Program-made: the position numbers and the translations under genes
DNA from: a virus
DNA: 64,000 nucleotides
Reading direction: 5' to 3' (one strand)
Virus record (IMG/VR): IMGVR_UViG_3300036846_001176
Coordinates: 29,048 to 93,047 of that record
In this document: one piece after another, positions 6,260-15,348 of the stretch
How the letters are laid out: every line of letters starts with the position of its first letter
Position numbering within the stretch: position 1 is the stretch's first letter
Notes under the pieces: model-generated
Told to the model about the DNA's origin: nothing
Databases searched by the model: none
What the model saw: only the letters and a program-made list of their open reading frames with translations

Positions 6260-7762
6260 ATGCCGTTTGACGCCAATGCCACCGAAGCCTTTCTGTCGAA
6301 GCGTGTCGAGGCCGAGCGCGAGCTAGGCCGCCGCAGCTTCTACGATTTTTATCAGATGAGCTGGCCGATTATCGATGCCGCTCAGTTCGTTCCTGGCAAA
6401 CATATCCGGGTCATCAGCTATCATCTGCAGCTTGCCGCCCGCCGCGAGATCCGCAAGCTGCTGATCTGCATCCCGCCGCGCTACTCGAAATCGCTGCTGT
6501 GCAGCGTCGCCTTTCCGGCCTGGGTGTGGACCTGGTGGCCGAGCGCCAAGTTCATCACCTGCAGCTTCGATCAACGTCTGGCGGGTCGCGATAGCCTCGC
6601 CACACGCCGCCTGGTCGAGCACCCCTGGTATCGCGCGCGCTGGCCCGAGGTACGCCTGCAGCGCGACCAGAACCAGAAGATGTTCTACCAGACCACCGCC
6701 GGCGGTCAGCGCTTCGTCGGCTCACCCCAAACAGGCGTTACCGGGCACGGCGCCGATTTCGCCGAGTTCGACGATCCGCACGATGTGGTCAACGCGGAGA
6801 GCGAGGCCGATCGTATCCGGGCGATCTCGTTCTGGTTCGAAAGCATGAGCTCGCGGTTCAACGATCCCGAGCAGGGCGTGTCGATCGTTGTCGGCCAACG
6901 GGTGAACCAAAGCGACGTGCAGGGCGAGTGCATTCGCCGCGGCTACCACCACGTCATCCTGCCGGCGCGCTACGAGCCCGACCATCCGGAGCGGCACGGC
7001 TACGACTGGCGCAAGACGCCGGGCGAGCCGCTGTGGCCGGAGAAGTTCACCGACGGCGTACTTGAGGGGCTGTGGGAGACGCTGCGCGACTACGCCGTCG
7101 CCGGCCAGCAGCAGCAGCGCCCGACCGCGCGCGAGGGTGGGCTCTTTAAGCGCGAGTGGTTCGAGATCGTCGACACCATGCCCGACGAGATCACCTGGGC
7201 GCGCGGCTGGGACTGGGCGGGTACGGAGAAGTCGATCAAGGCCGACCCCGACTGGTCGGTGGGCGTGAAGCTCGGCAAGCACAACGCCACCAATGTCATC
7301 TACATCGCCTCGGTGGTGCGGTTTCGCGCGGATCCGGGCGGCGTGCAGCAGCGGGTCAAGGCGGTGGCCCAGCAGGACGGCCCAGCCACCAAGGTCGCCA
7401 TCCCGCAGGATCCGGCCCAGGCCGGCAAGTTCCAGGCCCAGCAATACGTCACCCAGGTGCTGCCCGGCTATCCGGTGACGGCGATCCCGCAGTCGGCCAC
7501 CAAGATGGACCGCGCCGATCCGTTCGCCGCGCAGTGCAAGATGGGCAACGTGAAGATCTACCGGGCCAACTGGAACGATATGTTCCTCGATGAGCTGACC
7601 TCGTTCCCTGCGGGATCGCACGACGACCAGGTCGACGCCGTGGCGCTCGGCTACATGCTGCTGATGGACAACACCACCGGCATCCTCGACTTCATGCGCC
7701 AATCGGCATTGGCCTCGCGCGCGCCGATGGTAGCGGTTCCGACATGGCACCCGTCGCCATGA
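6260..7762 (+). CDS. terL: Terminase large subunit
   Basis: Walker A region IPPRYSKS, Walker B AEFDDPHD, nuclease RGWDWA and HDDQVDA. Confidence 0.95.
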   Translation: MPFDANATEAFLSKRVEAERELGRRSFYDFYQMSWPIIDAAQFVPGKHIRVISYHLQLAARREIRKLLICIPPRYSKSLLCSVAFPAWVWTWWPSAKFITCSFDQRLAGRDSLATRRLVEHPWYRARWPEVRLQRDQNQKMFYQTTAGGQRFVGSPQTGVTGHGADFAEFDDPHDVVNAESEADRIRAISFWFESMSSRFNDPEQGVSIVVGQRVNQSDVQGECIRRGYHHVILPARYEPDHPERHGYDWRKTPGEPLWPEKFTDGVLEGLWETLRDYAVAGQQQQRPTAREGGLFKREWFEIVDTMPDEITWARGWDWAGTEKSIKADPDWSVGVKLGKHNATNVIYIASVVRFRADPGGVQQRVKAVAQQDGPATKVAIPQDPAQAGKFQAQQYVTQVLPGYPVTAIPQSATKMDRADPFAAQCKMGNVKIYRANWNDMFLDELTSFPAGSHDDQVDAVALGYMLLMDNTTGILDFMRQSALASRAPMVAVPTWHPSP

Positions 7763-8013
7763 CGCCGGAGCTCTGGGCGGTCACCCTGGTGGTGGTCGGC
7801 CTGGTGCTGGTCGTCGTGATCCAGGATCTGCGGCTGGCCGGGCTTCGCCGCCGCCACGCCAACCTGGCGGCGGAGACCATCCAGATACTGCGGCTGCACC
7901 AGGATTACCTTGCCGGCCTCGATGCGCGGCTCCGCGCGCTCGGCTCGCGCACCCCGAGCGACCAGCCGATCCCGACCGCCGACGAGATGGCCGAGGGGCG
8001 GTGGCAGCGATGA
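7759..8013 (+). CDS. Small membrane-anchored coiled-coil protein
   Basis: N-terminal hydrophobic helix; ATGA overlaps at both ends. Confidence 0.6.
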   Translation: MTPELWAVTLVVVGLVLVVVIQDLRLAGLRRRHANLAAETIQILRLHQDYLAGLDARLRALGSRTPSDQPIPTADEMAEGRWQR

Positions 8014-8393
8014 TGACCCGGTTCATGGCCGAGCAGCCGGAGCTCTACCGCGGCACCTCCGTGGGTGACGGCAACTGCATCGCTTTCGTCCGGCGGGTGG
8101 CACGGATGCCGGACCCCCAGCGCTGGCGCCGCGGTCCCAGGGTGCGCGGCGGCGATCTGAGCCCGGGCACCGTGATCGCCACGTTCACCTCGAACGGCAC
8201 CTACGGCAACCAGCTCGATGGCCGCTCCCACGCTGCCATCCTGATCGCCGAGAACAGCGACGGGCTGCTGGTGTGGGACCAGTGGTTCGGCCAGACGGTG
8301 CACCAGCGGGTGATCCGGTTTCGCGGCGGCCAGGGCGAGGCGATCAACGACGGCGACCAGTTCTTTGCCATCCAGGCCGTGGCCGATGCATGA
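8010..8393 (+). CDS. BPSL0067/Tae2-like cell-wall amidase (papain-like Cys-His)
   Basis: GNCIAFVR, WRRG.RV, GTVIATF...G.Y, SHAAILI, LVWDQW. Confidence 0.8.
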   Translation: MMTRFMAEQPELYRGTSVGDGNCIAFVRRVARMPDPQRWRRGPRVRGGDLSPGTVIATFTSNGTYGNQLDGRSHAAILIAENSDGLLVWDQWFGQTVHQRVIRFRGGQGEAINDGDQFFAIQAVADA

Positions 8394-8428
8394 TAACCCG
8401 CACATTGCCATGGGCTTGGAGGATTACG

Positions 8429-8794
8429 ATGAGCGAGACGTACGAGGCCGACGCGAAGTTCCGGGTGTTCGAGAACGCCGCCAAGGCTGGGCTGCTGGTG
8501 CGGATCCACTACATGCAGACGGTGCCAAAGGACCCGGCGCTGCCCGAGCACATCCGTGAGCAGGGCATCCGGACCATCATGGACGGCTACCCGGTGGCGC
8601 TGTCGAAGACCGAGCTGTCGATCTCGCAGGCTGGCGCCCAGGGGCTTGAGCCGGCCGACCTGGCAGCGCTGCGCAAGGTGGTGCCGCTCAGGACCATCCC
8701 GCGCGATCGGGTGCTCAGCGTGAACCTGATCGGCGAAACGACAGCATCGCTGCCAAAGACCGACGAGGACTGGAAGCCGCCGGAAGCGGCCTGA
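8429..8794 (+). CDS. Hypothetical protein
   Basis: GGAGG RBS 8418-8422; 121 aa. Confidence 0.7.
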   Translation: MSETYEADAKFRVFENAAKAGLLVRIHYMQTVPKDPALPEHIREQGIRTIMDGYPVALSKTELSISQAGAQGLEPADLAALRKVVPLRTIPRDRVLSVNLIGETTASLPKTDEDWKPPEAA

Positions 8795-8797
8795 TTG

Positions 8798-9115
8798 ATG
8801 CCCTCGCAGACCGGGATCATAGAGCGCTGGCGGGAGCTCACCCTGCGGTGCGAGGTCTTGGCCGCGCGCTGCATGGCCGATCCCGCCGTCGCGGCCCTCG
8901 AGGGGATCGAGCCCGAATACGAGACGGGAGACGAGTTCGCGACCTTCGGCGGCCGCGGCGAACGCCAGCCGCGGAACGAACTGGCCGCCTGGTTGCGTGG
9001 CACCACGCGAAGGCATATAAATCAGTCCATCTGGCAATACCGGATAATCGAAACGATTGGCGGCCAGGTGTATCTCGCGCTGATCGCCTTTAACGGGGAG
9101 GACGAAGTCCCGTGA
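8798..9115 (+). CDS. Hypothetical protein
   Basis: Tightly packed ORF in + operon. Confidence 0.6.
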   Translation: MPSQTGIIERWRELTLRCEVLAARCMADPAVAALEGIEPEYETGDEFATFGGRGERQPRNELAAWLRGTTRRHINQSIWQYRIIETIGGQVYLALIAFNGEDEVP

Positions 9116-9450
9116 GCACAGGGGCAGACGGCCACAGCGATGGCGCCTACGAGTTCGACTGCCAGGACTGTGGCCGTCACGTCATCATGTTCATGCGGGG
9201 CGGCAACAGTCCCACGCACTGCTCTAGCTGCGCGTGGGTCAATGAGTTCATTGAGGGCGCCGAGCAAGCCGAGGTGCGCCAGTTGTTGGGCGTTCCGCTC
9301 AAGTCTTCGCTTCATGAAGTGCTACGGCCCACGCCGCGGGAGGCCTATCGCGACGACAGCTATCTGCCGCGCCATTGTGACCGCTGCCAGAAGGTGTATC
9401 GCGGGCCGGCGGTCTATTGCTCGCTCGACTGCGCCATGGCCGATGCCTGA
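9112..9450 (+). CDS. Multi-CxxC putative zinc-binding protein
   Basis: CQDC, CSSC, CDRC, CSLDC. Confidence 0.6.
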   Translation: MSTGADGHSDGAYEFDCQDCGRHVIMFMRGGNSPTHCSSCAWVNEFIEGAEQAEVRQLLGVPLKSSLHEVLRPTPREAYRDDSYLPRHCDRCQKVYRGPAVYCSLDCAMADA

Positions 9451-9763
9451 GAACACCGGCGCTGGCCGGCGGGGTGACATGCTGCGTCAGGTGGCCGAAG
9501 CGGTCCGGCGACGCAAATACGCCCAGGACGGCTTTAACCGCTACCAGCGCGATGGTCTGAACCCGGCCTGGATCAGTTGCGGGTTCTGCTCGGGCCAGAC
9601 GATCTTCCTTCAGGCCCAATTTCGCCAGCACATCTGTTGCGTGATGTGCGGTGCCCAGATGATTGCAACGAGGAAGATGAACCAACGGACTTTGACGCCC
9701 ATGGTGGTGATGGAAGCGATCACGCCGGGGCCGCCCTACCGGGAGTGGAGTTGGGATCCGTGA
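9443..9763 (+). CDS. Zinc-ribbon protein
   Basis: CGFC and CVMC pairs; overlaps neighbours. Confidence 0.55.
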   Translation: MPENTGAGRRGDMLRQVAEAVRRRKYAQDGFNRYQRDGLNPAWISCGFCSGQTIFLQAQFRQHICCVMCGAQMIATRKMNQRTLTPMVVMEAITPGPPYREWSWDP

Positions 9764-9930
9764 TCCTGTTGAGCGCGTGGCCGACGCTCCCGGAGATCGA
9801 GGCGGCCATCGAGAAGAACGTGAGGTTCTTCGTCGACCTCGACCTGGCGGGAGATCGCGAGAAGCAGGCGGCGCAGATCGCCTTGGCGGCCCAATCGGTG
9901 CTGAGATTGTTCCAGGCCTACCAGCGATAG
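9760..9930 (+). CDS. Small hypothetical protein
   Basis: GTGA overlap start; 56 aa. Confidence 0.5.
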   Translation: MILLSAWPTLPEIEAAIEKNVRFFVDLDLAGDREKQAAQIALAAQSVLRLFQAYQR

Positions 9931-9941
9931 GAGCACCACGC

Positions 9942-10187
9942 ATGATCAAGGCCACGGCAAAGCACAATGGCCGGGACGCCCTCCTGGTGGGCTTGTCATT
10001 TGCCAACCTCGACAGGTTTCGCGCCGAGCCGGCTGACACGTACATCACCATCAAGGGCGATGAACTCGGCCTGTCGCATGACGTGATCATCTTCTCGGGC
10101 CGCACCGAGGCCGACCTGCTCGACCTGCTGAGTTCGGGTTTCAGGGAAACCACCAAGGTGGCGGTTGCCGACAGGCTGAAGAACTAG
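9942..10187 (+). CDS. Hypothetical protein
   Basis: AGGAG RBS 9929-9933; 81 aa. Confidence 0.7.
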   Translation: MIKATAKHNGRDALLVGLSFANLDRFRAEPADTYITIKGDELGLSHDVIIFSGRTEADLLDLLSSGFRETTKVAVADRLKN

Positions 10188-10189
10188 CG

Positions 10190-10510
10190 ATGAGCGACAA
10201 GCCGATCTACCGCTTCGCGGTCATGCTGGTGATGGAGACGGATGACCCGCGGCTGGCGCCCGAAGCGATCAATCAGGCGATGACCAGCGCCGATAGTGTC
10301 ACGGCGCTGCGCGGTGCCTTGATCGAGCATCTGCCGGGTGCCGTGCGGCGGGTCGCCGCGGTGTTTCCGGTCGAGCACGCCGAGGCGCTGGTGCTGCTGC
10401 ACGAGGCGGTCGGCGACGAAATCGCACAATCCCTGCGCGCGAAGGGGATCGATGTCGACGTCAGCTTTAACCGGCCGCCTGCCGACTATGTGCCGCCGAC
10501 GACGGAGTGA
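10190..10510 (+). CDS. Hypothetical protein
   Basis: 106-aa ORF, tight packing. Confidence 0.65.
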   Translation: MSDKPIYRFAVMLVMETDDPRLAPEAINQAMTSADSVTALRGALIEHLPGAVRRVAAVFPVEHAEALVLLHEAVGDEIAQSLRAKGIDVDVSFNRPPADYVPPTTE

Positions 10511-10513
10511 ACG

Positions 10514-10792
10514 GTGACCACCCGCTTCAAGCCCTGGATGTGCAGCGAGTGTGGCCACGTCATGGATGCGGCATCGCATCTGACCAAGGAGGTCGAGCCG
10601 AAGGAGGGCGACTTTTCGATCTGCATCAACTGCGGCAAGCCGTATCGGCTAGCTGGCTGGAAGTGGCGGCCGGCAACGTCGGCCGACCTGGCAGAGCTGC
10701 CTCCGGAAAGCCGGCGCGAACTCGCCATGCTGCAGGCCGCCCGCGACATGGCGGGGCTCGGCGATCTCAGAGAACGCGGTGGCCGGGCATGA
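10514..10792 (+). CDS. Zinc-ribbon protein
   Basis: CSECG and CINCG. Confidence 0.65.
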   Translation: MTTRFKPWMCSECGHVMDAASHLTKEVEPKEGDFSICINCGKPYRLAGWKWRPATSADLAELPPESRRELAMLQAARDMAGLGDLRERGGRA

Positions 10793-10995
10793 CCGACGAA
10801 TTCGTCAAACAGACCTGCCGCCCAGGCGCTGGCGCTGCGTCCTGCCGCTACCTCTCTATGGGCGCTCGCGGCTGGGGTTGCGAGAAGCTGACGGCGATGA
10901 AGGCGTATCTGGACCGCCGGGTCGCGTCTGGCACGTTCACCGCGCAGGGCGATAACTGTCCAGGTGTGGCGCAAAACGACGGGGTGGGAGGATGA
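10789..10995 (+). CDS. Small Cys-rich protein
   Basis: ATGA overlap; four Cys in 68 aa. Confidence 0.55.
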   Translation: MTDEFVKQTCRPGAGAASCRYLSMGARGWGCEKLTAMKAYLDRRVASGTFTAQGDNCPGVAQNDGVGG

Positions 10996-11204
10996 TCTGG
11001 CTGGCCATCTTAGCGGCGGCCTGCGTCGCGCTATCCGTGGGCAACCTGCTGATTTTGGTCATCCTGTCCCGCCGCCTTCGGCAGGTCATGCGGTTGCGCA
11101 ACGTGCTGCTGCATCTCTGCGTCGACACCTGGGTTGCCGGTCCCTGGGCGACGCAAGCGCTGCGTCCGTTCATGACGATCACCACCCACGACCGGCTGCG
11201 ATAA
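10992..11204 (+). CDS. Small membrane protein
   Basis: N-terminal hydrophobic helix; ATGA overlap. Confidence 0.6.
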   Translation: MIWLAILAAACVALSVGNLLILVILSRRLRQVMRLRNVLLHLCVDTWVAGPWATQALRPFMTITTHDRLR

Positions 11205-11218
11205 ACAAGGAACCAGCG

Positions 11219-11455
11219 ATGCAACTGCACCCATCGACGTTCGAATACCTGATGCCGACCGAGGCGCAGAAGGCGCAGATGCAGCGCTGCCGCAACGCGT
11301 TCTCGATGTTCGTCTCCCTGATCGACCAGGAACTGCCGAACGGCCCGGACAAAACCTTCGTGCTGCGCCAGCTGCGTGACACTGCGATGTGGTGCAACGT
11401 TGCGATCACGAGGCATGCCGATGGGGCACCGCGTGGCGACGACAACGCTTTCTGA
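11219..11455 (+). CDS. Acb2/Tad1-like helical-hairpin protein (putative anti-defence nucleotide sponge)
   Basis: AAGGA RBS; F-x-Y-x-x-P...ELPNGPDKTFVLRQLRDTAMWCNVAITR matches the family pattern. Confidence 0.6.
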   Translation: MQLHPSTFEYLMPTEAQKAQMQRCRNAFSMFVSLIDQELPNGPDKTFVLRQLRDTAMWCNVAITRHADGAPRGDDNAF

Positions 11456-11774
11456 CCGGCCGCGCTCGCACGAGCATCGCCGCTTCGTCGGCTCGCTGCG
11501 CTGCATGGTCTGCTACGCCGATCCGCCCTCCGACGCGCACCACCTGAAGTTCCAGCAGCCTCGGGCGATGAGCCTGAAAGCCGGCGACCAATGGACGGTG
11601 CCGCTCTGTCGGCGCTGTCACACCCTCGTTGAGCTCGCCGGCGACGAGGCCGGATGGTGGCGTTCCCTCGAAATCGATCCTATCCCGCTGGCGACCGAAT
11701 TGTGGCAGCTTTCGCTGGAACGAACCGGAGGAACGGTCGATGGATCTGCACCTACAGGAACCAGCGGTGGTTGA
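11415..11774 (+). CDS. DUF968-like HNH/zinc protein
   Basis: CMVC...DAHHLK...D.WTVPLCRRCH...WW...IDP...A.ELW; start uncertain. Confidence 0.75.
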   Translation: MPMGHRVATTTLSDRPRSHEHRRFVGSLRCMVCYADPPSDAHHLKFQQPRAMSLKAGDQWTVPLCRRCHTLVELAGDEAGWWRSLEIDPIPLATELWQLSLERTGGTVDGSAPTGTSGG

Positions 11775-11925
11775 GCGGACGATCTTCGTCGAACAGGGCG
11801 ACGGACCCAATCAGCAGATGAAGGTGGTCGTCACCGGCGCCTTCGACGCCACCATGCTCGAGGCGCTGGCCAACTTCGTGACCCGCCAGAAGCGGCGCAT
11901 GGGCCGCCAGGAGAAACCGTCGTGA
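11740..11925 (+). CDS. Small hypothetical protein
   Basis: GGAGGA RBS 11727-11732. Confidence 0.6.
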   Translation: MDLHLQEPAVVERTIFVEQGDGPNQQMKVVVTGAFDATMLEALANFVTRQKRRMGRQEKPS

Positions 11926-12104
11926 CGATTATTCTGGTCATCCTGATCATTCTGCTCGTCTGCGGTGGTGGTTGGGGCTATCGCGCCGGCTGGTACGGCG
12001 GCCCTGCTGGCGGCTTTGGCGGCCCCGTCGGCATCATCCTGGTGGTCGTGCTGCTCCTGCTGATCTTCGGCGCCATCGGCGGCCCGCATTATCATTGGTG
12101 GTAA
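11922..12104 (+). CDS. DUF3309-like small membrane protein
   Basis: IILVILIILLVCGGGWGY...G.VGIILVVVLLLLIFG. Confidence 0.75.
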   Translation: MTIILVILIILLVCGGGWGYRAGWYGGPAGGFGGPVGIILVVVLLLLIFGAIGGPHYHWW

Positions 12105-12434
12105 ATGCCCTACGTCATGGAAATCGCCGCTGATCCGGTGCCGCTCAACGATGACGACCAGGCCAAGCACCTGATCGATCTGGTGAGGGGCCGAGCGCCC
12201 ATGCGCTTCCTCAAGCGCTTCGATCCGGAGGCAAATGGCGGCCTGGGCGAGGTGGTCATGACCAACGACCTCACCCAGGCCATGCTGTTCCAATCCGTCG
12301 GGGATGTCCTGTCGCTGTGGAACACCCAGTCCGCCACTGTCCCGTTCCGTGATGACGGCAAGCCGAACAAGCCGATGACCGCCTTCACCATCTCCCCGCG
12401 CCAGGTCACGGCGCATCGGACCGGCTTTGTCTGA
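12105..12434 (+). CDS. Hypothetical phage protein
   Basis: 109 aa, immediately after previous stop. Confidence 0.7.
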   Translation: MPYVMEIAADPVPLNDDDQAKHLIDLVRGRAPMRFLKRFDPEANGGLGEVVMTNDLTQAMLFQSVGDVLSLWNTQSATVPFRDDGKPNKPMTAFTISPRQVTAHRTGFV

Positions 12435-12440
12435 GCCGAA

Positions 12441-12480
12441 ACCCGACAGCGCCGAGGCGCTGCCGTTCCCGCTGTCGGGT
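12441..12480. terminator. 11-bp inverted repeat after the small-gene cluster
   Basis: acccgacagcg / cgctgtcgggt; no U-tract. Confidence 0.5.
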
Positions 12481-12580
12481 CGTCCGCGCTGTGCCAAACG
12501 CCCCCATTTGGAATGCATCGACGGGTGTGAATACGGCCTGGCGGGCCCGTGCGGGCACGATGCGGCCGGCGTCCCCACTG

Positions 12581-12610
12581 TTGAAATGACCGGAACCGCG
12601 TGACTATGGT
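12581..12610 (+). promoter_or_regulatory. Candidate promoter for head operon
   Basis: TTGAAA-18 nt-TATGGT, 45 nt upstream of ATG 12656. Confidence 0.4.
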
Positions 12611-12655
12611 CCCCCCAGGGCCGGCGCTTGCCGGCGTTCCCGGGGGAAACCGCCG

Positions 12656-12937
12656 ATGCCGGACCCGCTTTATTCCGACCGCTGGACGCAGATGTTCCTC
12701 GTGACGCCCTCGCCTGGACCGCTCACCGGACCGAACCTGCCACAGCGTAATGCGCCAACGGGCAATGTGACCTCGGCCTCCGGCTTCATGGTCGATGTGG
12801 CTGGCACGGTCACCATCGAGCCGCTGAACAGCACGGTCCCGGTGACCATCCCGGTGCAACCCGGCGTGCAGTACCACATCGCGTTCAAACGGCTGCTCGC
12901 GGTGGGCACCGTGACCACCGTGTGGGGCGCGCGCTAG
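12656..12937 (+). CDS. Small beta-rich putative virion protein
   Basis: 93 aa just before portal. Confidence 0.65.
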   Translation: MPDPLYSDRWTQMFLVTPSPGPLTGPNLPQRNAPTGNVTSASGFMVDVAGTVTIEPLNSTVPVTIPVQPGVQYHIAFKRLLAVGTVTTVWGAR

Positions 12938-14731
12938 GTGGCGCTGACGCCATCATCCTGGCAGTCCCCCAACCGTCCCTGGAACGTGCCAGGCCTGAAC
13001 CGCGACAATGCGCAATCACGGCCGATCGACCCAGGGTTGATCCAGCGGATTTCCGGCCAGGTGCGGAACTGGTTCGGCCTGAACCAACCGGGATCCACCG
13101 AGCTGCCATTCTTCCCGCCGGGGCGGCCGCTGGATCCGGTGGCGCCAGGCGCCGGTGGCCGGCGCTTCGACTATCCCACCAGCACCAATACGATCTACAC
13201 GCCGCGGTCCTACGAGCCGATCAGCTTCGACCTGCTGCGCTGCATCGCCGATCCGGCGCTGGGCGGCTACGACCTGATCCGGCTGGCGGTGGAAACCCGC
13301 AAAGACCAGATCGGCAACCTCAAGAAATCCATCCTGCCGCGCAAGACCAACGACATGGACACGCGGCCGAAGGCCGATGCGCGGTGCGAGAAGCTCGAGA
13401 AGATCTTCGAGCGGCCCGACGGCGAGACCGACTGGCAGCAATGGGTCGCGCAACTGACTGAGGAACACCTGGTCATCGATGCGGCGACGCTGATCCGCAA
13501 GAAGGCGCGCGACGGGTCGACCATCGGCATCGAATTGATCGACGGCGCCACCATCAAGCCGCTGCTGAACTACGATGGCCGGATGCCGACCGAAGGCCCG
13601 GCATTCCAGCAGGTGCTGAAGGGCATCGTCGCAGCCGACTTTACCAAGGATGAGATGCTCTACGCGCCCAGAAACCGGCGCGTGCACAAGGTCTACGGCA
13701 TGAGCTGCGTCGAGCAGGTGCTGGTGACGGTGAACATCGGCCTGCGGCGCCAGGCGCAGCAGCTTGCCTACTTCACTGACGGCACCATCCCCGACGCGGT
13801 CTGGCAGGTGCCGACGACCTGGTCGACGCAGCAGATCGCCGAGTTCCAGGCCTACTGGGACACCATCGTCAACGATGCGGTAACGCGGCGTAAAATGCGC
13901 TTTGCCCCGGGCGGCGTGACGCCGGTGATGACGCGGCCGCCGGAGGCGTTGGTCGATCAGTTCGACGAGTGGCTGGCCCGCATCATCGCGTTTGCCTTCT
14001 CGCTCCCGCCGACCCCGTTCGTGCGCCTGGTCAACCGCGCGACCGGCGAGACGATGTACGAGGAGGCGCTGCAGGAAGGCCTGATGCCGCTGATGCAGTG
14101 GATCAAGGGCCTGATCGACAGCATCATCAAGAACTGGTTCGGCTTCGACGACATCGAGATGGTCTGGGACGATGTGCGCAAGATCGACCCGGCCGAGAAA
14201 GAGCAGCGCGACGTCGTCCTGGCCAACGAGGGCGCGATCAGCCTCGACGACATCCGCTCCGAGCGCGGCATGGAGCCGCTGGGCGTTCCGGCGTTCATCA
14301 AGGGCATCGGCCCGATGGGCTTTATGAGCATCGAGGGCGTCAAAAAGGTCATCGCCAACGGGTGGGACGTCACCGGCCTGCCGCAGGTTCAGCCGGGGAT
14401 GGAAGGCGCCGGCGTAGCTGGTGCTGGCCCTGACGGCCAGAACGTCGACCAACTCGTCGAAGGCCTGCCGCCAGAGATCCTCGAGGCGCTGGGGATCGAT
14501 CCCACCGAGGTTGGCGGGGGCGCCCTGGCGCAGCAGGCCGCGCCCGGTGGCACCGACTTCGGCGGCGGCACCCAGACCGGGCCACCGCCGGACAGCGCCG
14601 GCGATCAGGTCACCTCGCCTGGCGGCAACGTCGTGCCGTTCCACCAGCATCCCGGCGTGCGCGCGGCCCTGGCCGAAGGCGAGCGGCAGGCGCGGCATCA
14701 TGCAGCGAGGATGAAGGGCGGCCAGCGATGA
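12938..14731 (+). CDS. Portal protein
   Basis: IDGATIKP...AFQQVLKG...MLYAPRN....VYGMSCVEQ; N/DDIRSERGMEPL-type C-terminal motif; position. Confidence 0.9.
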   Translation: MALTPSSWQSPNRPWNVPGLNRDNAQSRPIDPGLIQRISGQVRNWFGLNQPGSTELPFFPPGRPLDPVAPGAGGRRFDYPTSTNTIYTPRSYEPISFDLLRCIADPALGGYDLIRLAVETRKDQIGNLKKSILPRKTNDMDTRPKADARCEKLEKIFERPDGETDWQQWVAQLTEEHLVIDAATLIRKKARDGSTIGIELIDGATIKPLLNYDGRMPTEGPAFQQVLKGIVAADFTKDEMLYAPRNRRVHKVYGMSCVEQVLVTVNIGLRRQAQQLAYFTDGTIPDAVWQVPTTWSTQQIAEFQAYWDTIVNDAVTRRKMRFAPGGVTPVMTRPPEALVDQFDEWLARIIAFAFSLPPTPFVRLVNRATGETMYEEALQEGLMPLMQWIKGLIDSIIKNWFGFDDIEMVWDDVRKIDPAEKEQRDVVLANEGAISLDDIRSERGMEPLGVPAFIKGIGPMGFMSIEGVKKVIANGWDVTGLPQVQPGMEGAGVAGAGPDGQNVDQLVEGLPPEILEALGIDPTEVGGGALAQQAAPGGTDFGGGTQTGPPPDSAGDQVTSPGGNVVPFHQHPGVRAALAEGERQARHHAARMKGGQR

Positions 14732-15345
14732 GCGAGCCGGTCATGAAGCTGGTGGGGATCGTCGTCAACATTGGCGAATACCAGCAGATCTTCGACATCC
14801 GGGACTTGAGCGTCCAGGAGGGGTTGTGGATCGTCTATCAGCTGAACCAGCGGATCTATCAGCTGCAGAAGCTGCGGTCGCCGAACAGCAAGATCATTTA
14901 CCCGGGCGGCAAGAAGCGGGACATGCAGTTGCTGCCCGCGCTGATCGAGGAGCGAAAGCTCGGCGAGATTTTCGAAAACGGAGATCTTCGCAGGATCGAG
15001 CTGAAGACCGAGAACTGGCAGTGGTCGCAGACCGGCAACGTCTGCGTTGAGCACGAAAGCTACGGTCGCCCGTCCGGCATCGCGGCAACCGATGCGACGT
15101 GCTGGACGCAGCAATTGTGCCGTGATGGCAAGACGCTGCTCTGGCTGATGTTTCCCCACGCGTCGTTGCTGGCGTTGGTGGAGCAGGCCAAGCGTAACCG
15201 CGGCAAGCGAGAAGGCGGTGATGACCATCAGTCGAAGATGACGGTGGTGCCGCTGTCGGAAATCCTGCGCTGGCTGCGCGGATCCTCCTCATGGTCGCTG
15301 ACCTCGCCGTGGCAGTACGGTCGCTGCGCGCACTGCGGAAAATGA
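14728..15345 (+). CDS. Hypothetical protein
   Basis: ATGA overlap with portal; 205 aa. Confidence 0.6.
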   Translation: MSEPVMKLVGIVVNIGEYQQIFDIRDLSVQEGLWIVYQLNQRIYQLQKLRSPNSKIIYPGGKKRDMQLLPALIEERKLGEIFENGDLRRIELKTENWQWSQTGNVCVEHESYGRPSGIAATDATCWTQQLCRDGKTLLWLMFPHASLLALVEQAKRNRGKREGGDDHQSKMTVVPLSEILRWLRGSSSWSLTSPWQYGRCAHCGK

Positions 15346-15348
15346 GCC

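Noticed and set aside
11514-11528. Self-target of guide L (tac gcc gat ccg ccc, YADPP in the DUF968-like gene)
   Set aside because: Only 5 of 11 dinucleotides match; consistent with chance
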